Part shown: positions 7,543-15,298 of the stretch, piece after piece | How the letters are laid out: every line of letters begins with the position of its first letter | How positions within the stretch are numbered: the first letter of the stretch is position 1 | Virus record (IMG/VR): IMGVR_UViG_3300046615_000228 | Coordinates: 1-41,785 of that record | Direction: 5' to 3' (one strand) | Source: a virus | DNA: 41,785 bases | The notes under the pieces: model-generated | Told to the model about the DNA's origin: nothing | Seen by the model: the letters and a program-made list of their open reading frames with translations, nothing else | Database searches by the model: none | Position numbers and translations under genes: made by a program

Positions 7543-9684
7543 TTACTGGGCCGCTTCCTGCGGCTGGATGAACTGCAATATCTGCGTGACGGCATCCGTA
7601 AGGGCTGCCACCTGTTCCTGTAGATCGGCGACCGTTGCGTCACCCTCTGCGCCCTGTGCCACACGCTGGGCCGATTCAATGCCGCTTATGTGGGCTTCGT
7701 GGTCGCTGCGGTCTGCGGCTCGCTCTTGCAGGGACAAGTCGGCCGCACCCTTGATGGCTTGCAGTTCGATCTTCTTGTCTTCCTGGTCCAGCTTGCGATG
7801 CTGGAGCATCAGGTCGCCTTCCTTGGCGGCCTTCTCTGCCTTGAGCGCCTGATTCTCTTGGCCCAACTGCTGCAACTGTTCCTGTAGCTGGCCAATCTGC
7901 TGCTGTATGCCCTGCTGCATCTGCTGGAACGCCTGCGGGTTAGGCGGCATACCAGACGGCTCCGGGTCCACGAATCGCTCCGGATTCTTGAACTCGTTAG
8001 CCTCCACAAACAGGCGGATGGCCTCGCTGAAATGCTGCGGACGAACCACGCCCGCCTGCGCGCCCTGCATCATCACTTGCAATAGCGCCATGATCCGGGC
8101 CGATTGCTGCTCCTTGCTGCCGGAGCCCAGGCCAATGTTGATCTTGGTGTGGTACTGGTTGCGGAACTCGCTCGGGTTGATCGGGACGAACTGGCCGTTG
8201 ATGGCGACCATTTCCGCAACGTTCTGATACTGAATCGCCAGCTTCAGCATCTTGGCGAACAACTGCCGCATACCAACGCCGAAGAAGCGCGCCATAAGCT
8301 CCATGCGCATATCCGCCTTGGCCGTCAGCAGCTCCGTACCGCGCGCCGTCTTGTTCAGCGCATTTTGGTCGGTGCCCGCGCTGTAGCGGTTAAAGCCCGT
8401 GCGGTTCTCGGCCCAAGAGGCAATGTATTCATTGAACTGATACGCCGGAGCACCCAGCGCCGGAACCTGGATCGGGGTAATCGCATCCCCTGCCGGACCC
8501 TCGCCACGGATGACGCCGCCAGGACGCGAGTCCAAAACGTCGTCAATGTTCACGCGGGCGTTCATGTTGACGTACGTCCGCTGATTCGTACTCAGGAACA
8601 TGTTGTCCTGAATCGCGCGGATGGTATGCGTGCGCAGCTTCTGCGGCTGGATGGCACGATCTGCCGGACAGTCACCGTAGAAGCTGTGCGGGCGCGGAAT
8701 CGGGCAAATCCACACATACGGGTGGTCGTCTACCTGCTCAATCGCAGGCTTGCCGCCCTCCACGTAGACAGCGACCTTTTCCTCAATCAGACAGACCTTG
8801 ATCCACTCGGCGATGCCGTCGCCGTCCGCATCCAACTTGATGTAGCACTCGTCATAGCGGAACAGTTCGTGGCTATCGTGCGGAGCTGAATAGGTGAAGT
8901 CACCCGCCTCGCCAAGAGCTTCCATGCTCTCCATGTTGGTTGCGTAGGAACCGCTAGTGCCCACGTCCGACAGGTCGTAACCGTCCTGCTCCAGCTCAAA
9001 GCGACGGCGGTAGAAACACTGGCCGATTGCCGCAGGCTCAGCGCCCCATCGGGCATTCTGGTCAACGCGCATCTCCGACGACGGGCAGGCCATCGCCTTG
9101 ACCTTCCGGTGGCGCGACTCCTTGCGCACCGTGAAGTTCAGCAGGCCCGTTGCCTCGTCCAGCTCGGGATCGCCCTCAAGCTGCCAGCCGTCTTGCAGCA
9201 ACATGGCGGCCTGCTCTTGCGTCTGGCCCTCGTAACGCTGCTTTGCGTCCTCGGCCTCCTCCTCCGCCCACACCTTGGCGAAACCCACCTTGTTAAGCAG
9301 CGCGTCCTTGAACCAGTCGTGGACCACGCCCACGCCGTCATTGCGGACATAGAACAGGTGGTTGACGTAAGCGGTCGCTAGCTTGGCTTCCTGCTCCGCG
9401 CCCGGCTGGCCCTGCCCCTCAAACGTCACCGCGTCATCCGACGAGACGAACATCCGCATAATCTGCGGCAACATCCCGTCTACGGTGTCCGCTACGTCCG
9501 TAGCTACGAAGTCGGAACGATCCTCAATCTCAGGCGGTGCAAGCTCGCCCTCCGCCTCGGCGTTGTAATACTCCAGGTTACGCAGGCGCGCGTGTCCCAC
9601 GTCCGAATCCGGAGCGCCCATCGCAGTACGCAGGAAGTCCCGCGCGGTCTGCTCAATTTGCTCGTCCGTGAGCTTGTCTGTCAC
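7543..9684 (-). CDS. Portal protein (P22-type) with a long C-terminal coiled-coil barrel
   Basis: 713 aa, GTG start. Lies downstream of terminase. The Gln-rich helical C-terminus (QQMQQGIQQQIGQLQEQLQQLGQENQALKAEKAAKE...) resembles the P22 portal barrel. Confidence 0.9.
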   Translation of the reverse strand: MTDKLTDEQIEQTARDFLRTAMGAPDSDVGHARLRNLEYYNAEAEGELAPPEIEDRSDFVATDVADTVDGMLPQIMRMFVSSDDAVTFEGQGQPGAEQEAKLATAYVNHLFYVRNDGVGVVHDWFKDALLNKVGFAKVWAEEEAEDAKQRYEGQTQEQAAMLLQDGWQLEGDPELDEATGLLNFTVRKESRHRKVKAMACPSSEMRVDQNARWGAEPAAIGQCFYRRRFELEQDGYDLSDVGTSGSYATNMESMEALGEAGDFTYSAPHDSHELFRYDECYIKLDADGDGIAEWIKVCLIEEKVAVYVEGGKPAIEQVDDHPYVWICPIPRPHSFYGDCPADRAIQPQKLRTHTIRAIQDNMFLSTNQRTYVNMNARVNIDDVLDSRPGGVIRGEGPAGDAITPIQVPALGAPAYQFNEYIASWAENRTGFNRYSAGTDQNALNKTARGTELLTAKADMRMELMARFFGVGMRQLFAKMLKLAIQYQNVAEMVAINGQFVPINPSEFRNQYHTKINIGLGSGSKEQQSARIMALLQVMMQGAQAGVVRPQHFSEAIRLFVEANEFKNPERFVDPEPSGMPPNPQAFQQMQQGIQQQIGQLQEQLQQLGQENQALKAEKAAKEGDLMLQHRKLDQEDKKIELQAIKGAADLSLQERAADRSDHEAHISGIESAQRVAQGAEGDATVADLQEQVAALTDAVTQILQFIQPQEAAQ

Positions 9685-9858
9685 TTAGCGAAGCCTCAAA
9701 TAGTTGGGCGGGAACGCGGTCGGGTTCTTGGCCACCGCGCCCTGTATGTCTTTGAGCGTCACGCGCCCTGCGATGCCCGCCTCTTTGGCGGCTTGGTCAA
9801 TGGCGGCCTGCATCGGCACGCCATCCTTGACGCGCTTTGCAAGCAGCTCGGCGAACAT
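9685..9858 (-). CDS. Small protein (57 aa) between terminase and portal. Shares its C-terminal peptide with TerL.
   Basis: Not in the track because it is under 60 aa. Reads ATG...TAA: MFAELLAKRVKDGVPMQAAIDQAAKEAGIAGRVTLKDIQGAVAKNPTAFPPNYLRLR. TGATG overlap with the TerL stop, and its stop abuts the portal GTG. Confidence 0.55.
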   Translation of the reverse strand: MFAELLAKRVKDGVPMQAAIDQAAKEAGIAGRVTLKDIQGAVAKNPTAFPPNYLRLR

Positions 9859-11105
9859 CAGCGAAGCCTCTTGTAGTTCAGAGGCTCAGACTTCACCGGA
9901 TCGCGGTGAGCCATTGCCATGTAGCGGAAGGCGTCAGCGCCGTGGCTGGCCCAGTCGTGGACCGGGGTCGCCTTGAACTCGCCCAGCTTGTCGTTGAACT
10001 CGCGGCGGTAATTCATCAGCGCCGCTATCCCGTCCTTACACTTCTCGGCATCGAAGTAGCAGCGACTAAACAGCATCCGCGCCGCGTTGATGCCCTGCTC
10101 CAGTCCGTCCCGGTCCAGCACCCGCATCCGCACGCCCTGACCGCTGGCGACCTCTACGATGCTCTTACCGGTGCCCAACTCGCGCCCCGCAGCATCGTGC
10201 GGAACGTGGTGGTCTCCGTAGCTGTAGCCCTTGCCAGCCAGCACGGACAGGTAATGCGTGATCGGCTCGCCACTGTTGGAGTAGTAATCGATCAGGTGAA
10301 TCTCACGTCCCACGTTCTGGAAGAACCAGACGCAGGTTGAATCACCAACGCCCAAGTCCCACGCGGTATGCACCAGCGCGGACCTGTCATACGGGACCCC
10401 ACACACGCGGCCATCTTGCTTGGCCTGCGCAATCTCTGTCGCGTAGATCGCACCCAGTGCCGGAACATCAAACGCGCACTCAAACTCCTGCGCGAACTGC
10501 TCAGGCGTCATCTGTGACCGCGCATCCGCCAACTCGGACGGGTCCACAATCCCGGTCTCCGAAGCCTTTAGCTCCTGATAGAACCAATCCGGCGACGACT
10601 TCGCCTGCTCGGCCAGCGCGTGAAAGTGATTCTTGCCTTTTGGCGTGCCAATGAAGCTGGCCCACCCTTTCCGATCCGTCAGCAGGGGGCGGATGATCTC
10701 GCCCCACACGCTGGGCCGCATATCGCCGTATTCGTCCAGCACAACGCCGTCTAAGTACAGGCCGCGCAATGCGTCCGGGTTGTCCGCGCCAAAGAGACGG
10801 ATGCGCGCCCCCGTCACCAGCTCCACAGATAGCTCAGACTCCATCACCTTCGCTGCGATGGGCTGCGCGTAGTGCTTCAGGTAGTCCCAGGCGATGGCCT
10901 TGGCCTGCGCGTAGTACGGCGCAAGGTAGGCATAGCGGGCATTGGGCAGCTTGCACAGCGCCGCACGCTTCACCAGCTCGTTAATCTCGCGAACCGTCTT
11001 ACCAAACCGCCGATGCGCCACCGTGCAAGCCCACCGCTCGGCTCGGTCGTGGTACGGCAGCGATTGCGGACGCGGACGGTAGTCCAGCGTGATTAGTCGC
11101 GCCAT
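9858..11105 (-). CDS. terL: Terminase large subunit
   Basis: Walker A-like HRRFGKT and Walker B-like VVLDEYGD, followed by a C-terminal nuclease-type region. Lies upstream of the portal gene. Start chosen at ATG 11105 (MARLITLDY...); the alternative track start at 11180 overlaps the terS frame. Confidence 0.9.
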   Translation of the reverse strand: MARLITLDYRPRPQSLPYHDRAERWACTVAHRRFGKTVREINELVKRAALCKLPNARYAYLAPYYAQAKAIAWDYLKHYAQPIAAKVMESELSVELVTGARIRLFGADNPDALRGLYLDGVVLDEYGDMRPSVWGEIIRPLLTDRKGWASFIGTPKGKNHFHALAEQAKSSPDWFYQELKASETGIVDPSELADARSQMTPEQFAQEFECAFDVPALGAIYATEIAQAKQDGRVCGVPYDRSALVHTAWDLGVGDSTCVWFFQNVGREIHLIDYYSNSGEPITHYLSVLAGKGYSYGDHHVPHDAAGRELGTGKSIVEVASGQGVRMRVLDRDGLEQGINAARMLFSRCYFDAEKCKDGIAALMNYRREFNDKLGEFKATPVHDWASHGADAFRYMAMAHRDPVKSEPLNYKRLR

Positions 11106-11353
11106 GCCAGCACGATCTCGCCGTCCTTGCCCTCGCCGCCAATCGTCAGCGGAAGCAATTTCGGGTAAATCGTCGCCCAAAATGCCTTTTCGTTCTGCGG
11201 GTCAGCCTTGGCCCACGCAAGCAGTCTAGTAGCGCCGCCAAGCCCTTCGGCCGCCTGAGCGATAACTTCCTTCGCTTCCTTGCCGAGCTTGTTAGGCGAG
11301 CCCTTAGGCCGCCCCTTGCCCTTCTTGGCTTCCAGGTTCTCCGGATTGGCCAT
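11093..11353 (-). CDS. Putative terminase small subunit
   Basis: 86 aa with a basic N-terminus (KKGKGRPKGSPNKLGKE), immediately upstream of and overlapping terL. Assigned by position and motif only. Confidence 0.55.
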   Translation of the reverse strand: MANPENLEAKKGKGRPKGSPNKLGKEAKEVIAQAAEGLGGATRLLAWAKADPQNEKAFWATIYPKLLPLTIGGEGKDGEIVLAWRD

Positions 11354-11510
11354 TTTCGTTCCCTAATTTATTTGAGCTGGCCTGCGCCTTGGCTCCGAGG
11401 TTGGCCGTCCCTGGCCGTGGTTCGTCCTTAACTCGCCTGTCCGGGAAAGGCCAATTAGCCTCTACCAGGGCAGTGTTTTCCTTGCGCCTGCCGCTTCCCT
11501 TGCCACTCAT
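11304..11510 (-). CDS. Hypothetical small protein
   Basis: 68-aa ORF starting MSGKGSGRRKENTALVEANWPFPDRR. The KGS...NW pattern recalls small conserved proteins found upstream of terminase genes. It overlaps the terS start by 50 nt. Confidence 0.4.
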   Translation of the reverse strand: MSGKGSGRRKENTALVEANWPFPDRRVKDEPRPGTANLGAKAQASSNKLGNENGQSGEPGSQEGQGAA

Positions 11511-11580
11511 AGAGCGTCTCGCTCATCCCACCCGCACGGAAACTCCGCGTTCTCGGGCCATGCGCCTTGGTTGGTCATCA

Positions 11581-11784
11581 CTACCTCAGCGCGCAGTCCG
11601 CGTACTGCTGAACCACTTGGCTGTACCAAATGGCGAAGTCGTCCGCGCTATTGTTCTCAGGGGGCGCTATCAGCTCCGGGCACGCGGCCCTTGCGGATGG
11701 CTTCGTTAACGGCATCGACCTGCACCCGGATAGCATCAGCAACAGGAGCAGGCAGATTGCAGCCGGACGGGTTAGCTCTAACAA
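11581..11784 (-). CDS. Outer-membrane spanin (Rz1-like lipoprotein), overlapped architecture
   Basis: Signal peptide with lipobox LLLLLMLSG-C and a Pro-rich mature part. It starts inside the i-spanin gene in another frame and extends past that gene's stop. Confidence 0.8.
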   Translation of the reverse strand: MLELTRPAAICLLLLLMLSGCRSMPLTKPSARAACPELIAPPENNSADDFAIWYSQVVQQYADCALR

Positions 11785-12040
11785 CGGTCACCACCTTTGG
11801 CGGATGCTTTGCCAGCTCGTCTAGCGCGCTACGGGCTGCGTTACGTTCGGCCTGCGCCTTGTCCCGCTCGGCTACTGCGGCCACTAGCGCCTTGTTTTCT
11901 TTGGCTAGCCACTTGGCGCGCTCGGCGGTAACGCCGTGCCCATAGGCCCATAAGTAGGCCCCGAATGCCCAGGCGGCCAGCCCCGCCACTGCGAAGATAT
12001 GCAGCCAGTAGCGGCGCAACAGGGCTAGGAGGATGGTCAC
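11657..12040 (-). CDS. Inner-membrane spanin (Rz-like)
   Basis: 127 aa. N-terminal TMD (LHIFAVAGLAAWAFGAYLWAY) followed by a coiled coil (AERAKWLAKENKALVAAVAERDKAQAERNAARSALDE). Contains the Rz1-like ORF. Confidence 0.8.
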   Translation of the reverse strand: MTILLALLRRYWLHIFAVAGLAAWAFGAYLWAYGHGVTAERAKWLAKENKALVAAVAERDKAQAERNAARSALDELAKHPPKVVTVVRANPSGCNLPAPVADAIRVQVDAVNEAIRKGRVPGADSAP

Positions 12041-12138
12041 TTACTCTTTCCGCCGTACTTGTGCTGCATACAGACGCCCCAGCACAGCAGGCCCGTGAAG
12101 TAGAGAACCGGGATCAGCAGGATCAGCGGGCTATTCAC
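12037..12138 (-). CDS. 33-aa membrane peptide coupled between the protease and Rz genes
   Basis: MNSPLILLIPVLYFTGLLCWGVCMQHKYGGKSK. The GTG start overlaps the protease TGA (GTGA), and its TGA overlaps the Rz GTG (GTGA). Confidence 0.4.
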   Translation of the reverse strand: MNSPLILLIPVLYFTGLLCWGVCMQHKYGGKSK

Positions 12139-12704
12139 GCGATTTCCTTCCAATCCTTAGCCGTGAACGACAGCGGATACAGCACCACCATCGAGAACGT
12201 GAACGGCCCGTTTATCCACATCTTTCCGGCCGAAACCACGCCGACGATGCGGCCGTCATTGCCAAACATGGCGGCTCCTGAATCCCCGCCGAAGCTGTGC
12301 CCGTCCACCCAAATCTCTTGCAGGTACACCCGCGAGACGTAGCCCTCGCGGTAAACGCGATCGTTAGCCGCGGGCATCCCAAGCCACCGCACGCGGTCGC
12401 CAGTGTTGGGGCCTCGCCCTACCTGCGCCCAATGCTTAAACCGCATCGTGACCCGGACCAGTACATGGTCGTGGCCGTCCTTGATGATCTTCAGCGCCCG
12501 CGCGGGCAAGCCGTTGATCGCCAGGATTGGGCCGCTATTCGTGCAGTGCTCAGCCGTCAGGACAATGTCCTTGCCGACCGCTGTCCCCGAACATATCCCG
12601 CCGCCCTCTAGATCAAGCCTTAGGGCCGTATCGCGGAAGGATGCCGGGTGCGCGTCTGCACATCCCGCCAGAAGGAAGGACAGTGCGAGCGCGCAAATTT
12701 TCAT
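12135..12704 (-). CDS. Lipoprotein trypsin-like serine protease (S1 family) inside the lysis cassette
   Basis: 189 aa. Lipobox LSFLLAG-C. Catalytic His in LTAEHC, Asp in GHDHVLVRV, Ser in GGDSGAAMF. Confidence 0.85.
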   Translation of the reverse strand: MKICALALSFLLAGCADAHPASFRDTALRLDLEGGGICSGTAVGKDIVLTAEHCTNSGPILAINGLPARALKIIKDGHDHVLVRVTMRFKHWAQVGRGPNTGDRVRWLGMPAANDRVYREGYVSRVYLQEIWVDGHSFGGDSGAAMFGNDGRIVGVVSAGKMWINGPFTFSMVVLYPLSFTAKDWKEIA

Positions 12705-13012
12705 TAGTCCGTCCCGCCCGCCTTGATCGTGTCACTGTCCAAATCGAACGGAGGCGGCTCGATGCCCTTTGCGCGCATCAGCCCTTCCAGTCGGTAGATA
12801 TGGCGGACCATGCGGCCCTCGCGCTGCTCTAGGCCCGTTAACCGGGTCTGCACGCGTTCAACCTCTTGCCGCAGCAGGTCGATAACGGTCACTTCGGCGC
12901 CAGTCGCGGCGCTCTCTACCTTCCGACCGCCCTTGCCCTTGAAGTAGCCGCCCACGCCTGCCACTAGCCCGGCAGCCCCTGTGCCGACCAATGCCCAATC
13001 AATTGCCATCAC
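12704..13012 (-). CDS. Holin candidate (single Gly-rich TMD plus a coiled-coil tail)
   Basis: 102 aa. TMD IDWALVGTGAAGLVAGVGGYF, then a charged helical region. Coupled to the endolysin stop (GTGATG) and the protease start (TAATG). No other holin-like ORF was seen near the endolysin. Confidence 0.5.
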   Translation of the reverse strand: MMAIDWALVGTGAAGLVAGVGGYFKGKGGRKVESAATGAEVTVIDLLRQEVERVQTRLTGLEQREGRMVRHIYRLEGLMRAKGIEPPPFDLDSDTIKAGGTD

Positions 13013-13440
13013 GCGCCCTCAAACAAGGCGCGCTCTGCGGCCCGTCGTTTCACCAAACCCGGCAAGACCCTTCCGCCGCCTTTGTTCCAGCGTGAGAATT
13101 GGTCCGCCGCCCCCTTGTAATCCCCAGCGTTCAGCAGTCGCAGCAGCGTGGACTTGCGGAACGCCTCTATGCCGATGTTGTAGGCCAGCGATGCACAGGC
13201 GGCCATCTGGCCGGCCGTCAGGTCAACGCGCACCAGCGCATCCACCCGCGCACCGAAGCCCCGTAGATCGCGCTCTAGGCGGCTCTCTGCCTGTTCCTGC
13301 GTCCACGTCATGCCCAGTCGCACATCGGGGCCGGTTGATCCGTAGCCGATTGTTGGGACGCCTGCCGGACACAGGTACGCGGACAGATTGCACCCCTCGC
13401 TCCGCTTCACTAGCGGCAGCGCGAGTTGCAGCCAGTCCAT
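13009..13440 (-). CDS. Endolysin, GH24 (T4/P22-type) lysozyme
   Basis: Catalytic pattern E-x8-C-x5-T (RSEGCNLSAYLCPAGVPTIGYG). Family-typical NIG..AF..STLL..LN.GDY..AA..F..W...GG....GL..RR..E..LF. Confidence 0.9.
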   Translation of the reverse strand: MDWLQLALPLVKRSEGCNLSAYLCPAGVPTIGYGSTGPDVRLGMTWTQEQAESRLERDLRGFGARVDALVRVDLTAGQMAACASLAYNIGIEAFRKSTLLRLLNAGDYKGAADQFSRWNKGGGRVLPGLVKRRAAERALFEGA

Positions 13441-13577
13441 GCCGTTCCTATGTGTGCCCTATGGGCTGGATAAATTGCTTGCGGGCCTTTCGGCACTCCC
13501 CCGATACACACGGGCCGCTGACCAACGGGGGCACAAGCGGACTGATGCGTGTCTAACCACGCCGCCGCAAGCAAAAC

Positions 13578-13790
13578 TCAATTCAACGCCCTATCGGGCA
13601 CCTGATTCTCATAAGCATCAGCCGCCGCGCGGAGCATCTTCACCACCAGACTGGTGGGCAGCTTCGGGCCAACGTAGCTTGCGGCTCCGTCCTCGGGAGC
13701 GAATATCACGAACGCCGGGAAGCCTTCTTCCTGCGCCCAGCTACAAAGGTCGCAGGCTTCGTCTAGCCACTCAGCGCTTGCGCTTGGCAC
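13578..13790 (-). CDS. Hypothetical acidic protein (about 70 aa)
   Basis: GTG at 13790 overlaps the end of the HslV-like gene. Sequence PSASAEWLDEACDLCSWAQEEGFPAFVIFAPEDG... Hand-counted GC3 is about 69%. The upstream part of the 123-aa track ORF is an Arg-rich shadow frame. Confidence 0.45.
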   Translation of the reverse strand: MPSASAEWLDEACDLCSWAQEEGFPAFVIFAPEDGAASYVGPKLPTSLVVKMLRAAADAYENQVPDRALN

Positions 13791-14217
13791 GCTTGGGCTC
13801 CACTGCCATCGTCTCGACCGGAGCCGATGTGTACGTGTCAACACTGGCCGCAGCGTGGACGGCCTCCTCTGACGTAGCCTGGAAGTGGCGCATGGCGCAT
13901 ACGGCAGCCTGCGCGCCGGAGCCGATAGCCACCGGCCCCAACTCCTCAACCCACGTCCAGTGCTTGTCCGTGACCGAATAGGACCTGCCGTCCGCCTTAG
14001 CGATCAGCAGCGAGCTATTCGGAATCTTCGGCGGCTTGCCCTTCGCGCCCTTGGCTAGCCAGTTGAAGGCGCGGTTAATCTCGTCAGCCGTCCCGCATCC
14101 ACCCATCACGCCGCCGCACGGAAGCCGGAACAGCTTGTGAACACGTGACTTGTTTCCACCCCACGTGGCCTGAGTATCGCTTGCCATCACCCCGTTGTCG
14201 TAGGCGATGGTTGTCAT
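13771..14217 (-). CDS. HslV-like N-terminal-nucleophile (proteasome beta-type) peptidase
   Basis: 148 aa. MTTIAYD... (Thr2 nucleophile) aligns by eye with E. coli HslV: MTTIV..., SDTQAT vs GDGQAT, HKLF vs KKVRRL, GGCGTADE vs GGTADA, VAIGSGAQAA vs IAIGSGGPYA. Confidence 0.85.
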   Translation of the reverse strand: MTTIAYDNGVMASDTQATWGGNKSRVHKLFRLPCGGVMGGCGTADEINRAFNWLAKGAKGKPPKIPNSSLLIAKADGRSYSVTDKHWTWVEELGPVAIGSGAQAAVCAMRHFQATSEEAVHAAASVDTYTSAPVETMAVEPKRAKRKR

Positions 14218-14372
14218 GCGGTCCTCTTAAATTAGCGCCCGGCCTGTTCTAGCTTGCCGCCGGGGTCTAGTTAACCGGAAGGAGATTTCGACAGAGGCCG
14301 TGCTCGGGCTAAGGGGCGTTGTCTCCCCTCCAAAGTCATTAACACACGCGTTTCCGGGAACGGGGCGTTCGT
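14218..14372 (-). promoter_or_regulatory. Putative late-promoter / antitermination region (PR'-like)
   Basis: 155-bp non-coding gap between the Q-like gene and the first late gene. Minus-strand TTAACT-17-TAGAAC (plus strand 14269-14274 and 14246-14251). Hairpins AGGGG-N8-CCCCT, plus CCGTGC-N6-GCACGG just upstream of the gap, inside the end of the Q-like gene (about 14386-14403). RBS AAGAGGA before ATG 14217. Confidence 0.3.
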
Positions 14373-14981
14373 TCAGCATCCCGATCCGTGCGGCATTGCA
14401 CGGAAGCAACCATCCCCCACCAAATCCATTTCATGACCGAAGCCTCGGCCGTCGGATAGCTGGACCGCAGGCTTGGGCGCGGACAGTCTGCGATTAACGA
14501 TGAACACCTGTCGGATGGCTACCTGCATCCGAATCCAGTATTCGTCCAGGCTCGCCACAAGTCGGGCATAGGTGCCGTTTCGCAGCTTGCGGTAGGTCTT
14601 GGGGTCCACGCCAAGTGCGGTGGCAACCTCGGTTGCGCTGAACTCCCATTCCTTGCTCACAAGCCGGTTGTAGACATCGCGCCCAGCCGCGTAACCAAGC
14701 TCATCGCTAGCCACCCTGCGGGAAACTCCGCCCTCCTGCCCGTAAGCGATGGCGAACCCCACACAGAAGCAAAATAGCCGCTCCTGCAAATGCGTATCCC
14801 CTGCGTGGCAGGTTCGGTACATGGCCCAATTTGGGAACCCATTGCGCCAATCCATGTGGACCAGCCTGTCAGCGTCCCCCACTGACTCGGTTACAGCTCC
14901 GACCAGTATGGTTTCAAAGTCAGGAACGCGGTTGTCATAGTCCCCGACGGTCTGCGCGGCCCTCGTCTCTACAGTGGTCAC
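14373..14981 (-). CDS. Putative late-gene regulator (Q-like by position), HTH-containing
   Basis: 202 aa, the last gene of the early-right operon before the late gap. HTH-like SATEVATALGVDPKTYRKLRNGTYARL. No family was recognised with confidence. Confidence 0.6.
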   Translation of the reverse strand: MTTVETRAAQTVGDYDNRVPDFETILVGAVTESVGDADRLVHMDWRNGFPNWAMYRTCHAGDTHLQERLFCFCVGFAIAYGQEGGVSRRVASDELGYAAGRDVYNRLVSKEWEFSATEVATALGVDPKTYRKLRNGTYARLVASLDEYWIRMQVAIRQVFIVNRRLSAPKPAVQLSDGRGFGHEMDLVGDGCFRAMPHGSGC

Positions 14982-15298
14982 TTGCGCGCCCCCTTGGTGA
15001 TCTTGGGTTTTGGCTGGACCTCAATCGGCTTAACCGCCCCCGGTGCGATGTAGTGCTTGCCGTCAATCTCAAATCCGATGACCACAGTCACGGCGACGCC
15101 CGGATTGAACTCGTGCGCTTGCTGGCAGGACTGGAAATATTCCGCGTGGGTTCGCTTGATCGGCCCCGACTTGCCAAACGTCACGCTGGTCCATTCCGCC
15201 TTGTAGTAGTTGCGCCACTCGGCCGGATTCGGGACATATCGAATCGTTGGCTCCAGTCGCCCACACAGCGCCAGCCATGCTTGCTTTAGGCGGGTCAT
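14978..15298 (-). CDS. Hypothetical protein (106 aa)
   Basis: ATG 15298 in an ATGA overlap with the phosphoesterase stop. Starts MTRLKQAWLALCGRLEP... Confidence 0.65.
   Translation of the reverse strand: MTRLKQAWLALCGRLEPTIRYVPNPAEWRNYYKAEWTSVTFGKSGPIKRTHAEYFQSCQQAHEFNPGVAVTVVIGFEIDGKHYIAPGAVKPIEVQPKPKITKGARK

Noticed and set aside
13441-13577. 137-bp gap upstream of the endolysin, examined for a missing holin gene or a strong regulatory element.
   Set aside because: No ORF with a TMD is present. There are only weak hairpins (CCCCCG-N21-CGGGGG) and no convincing promoter or terminator, so it is left unannotated.
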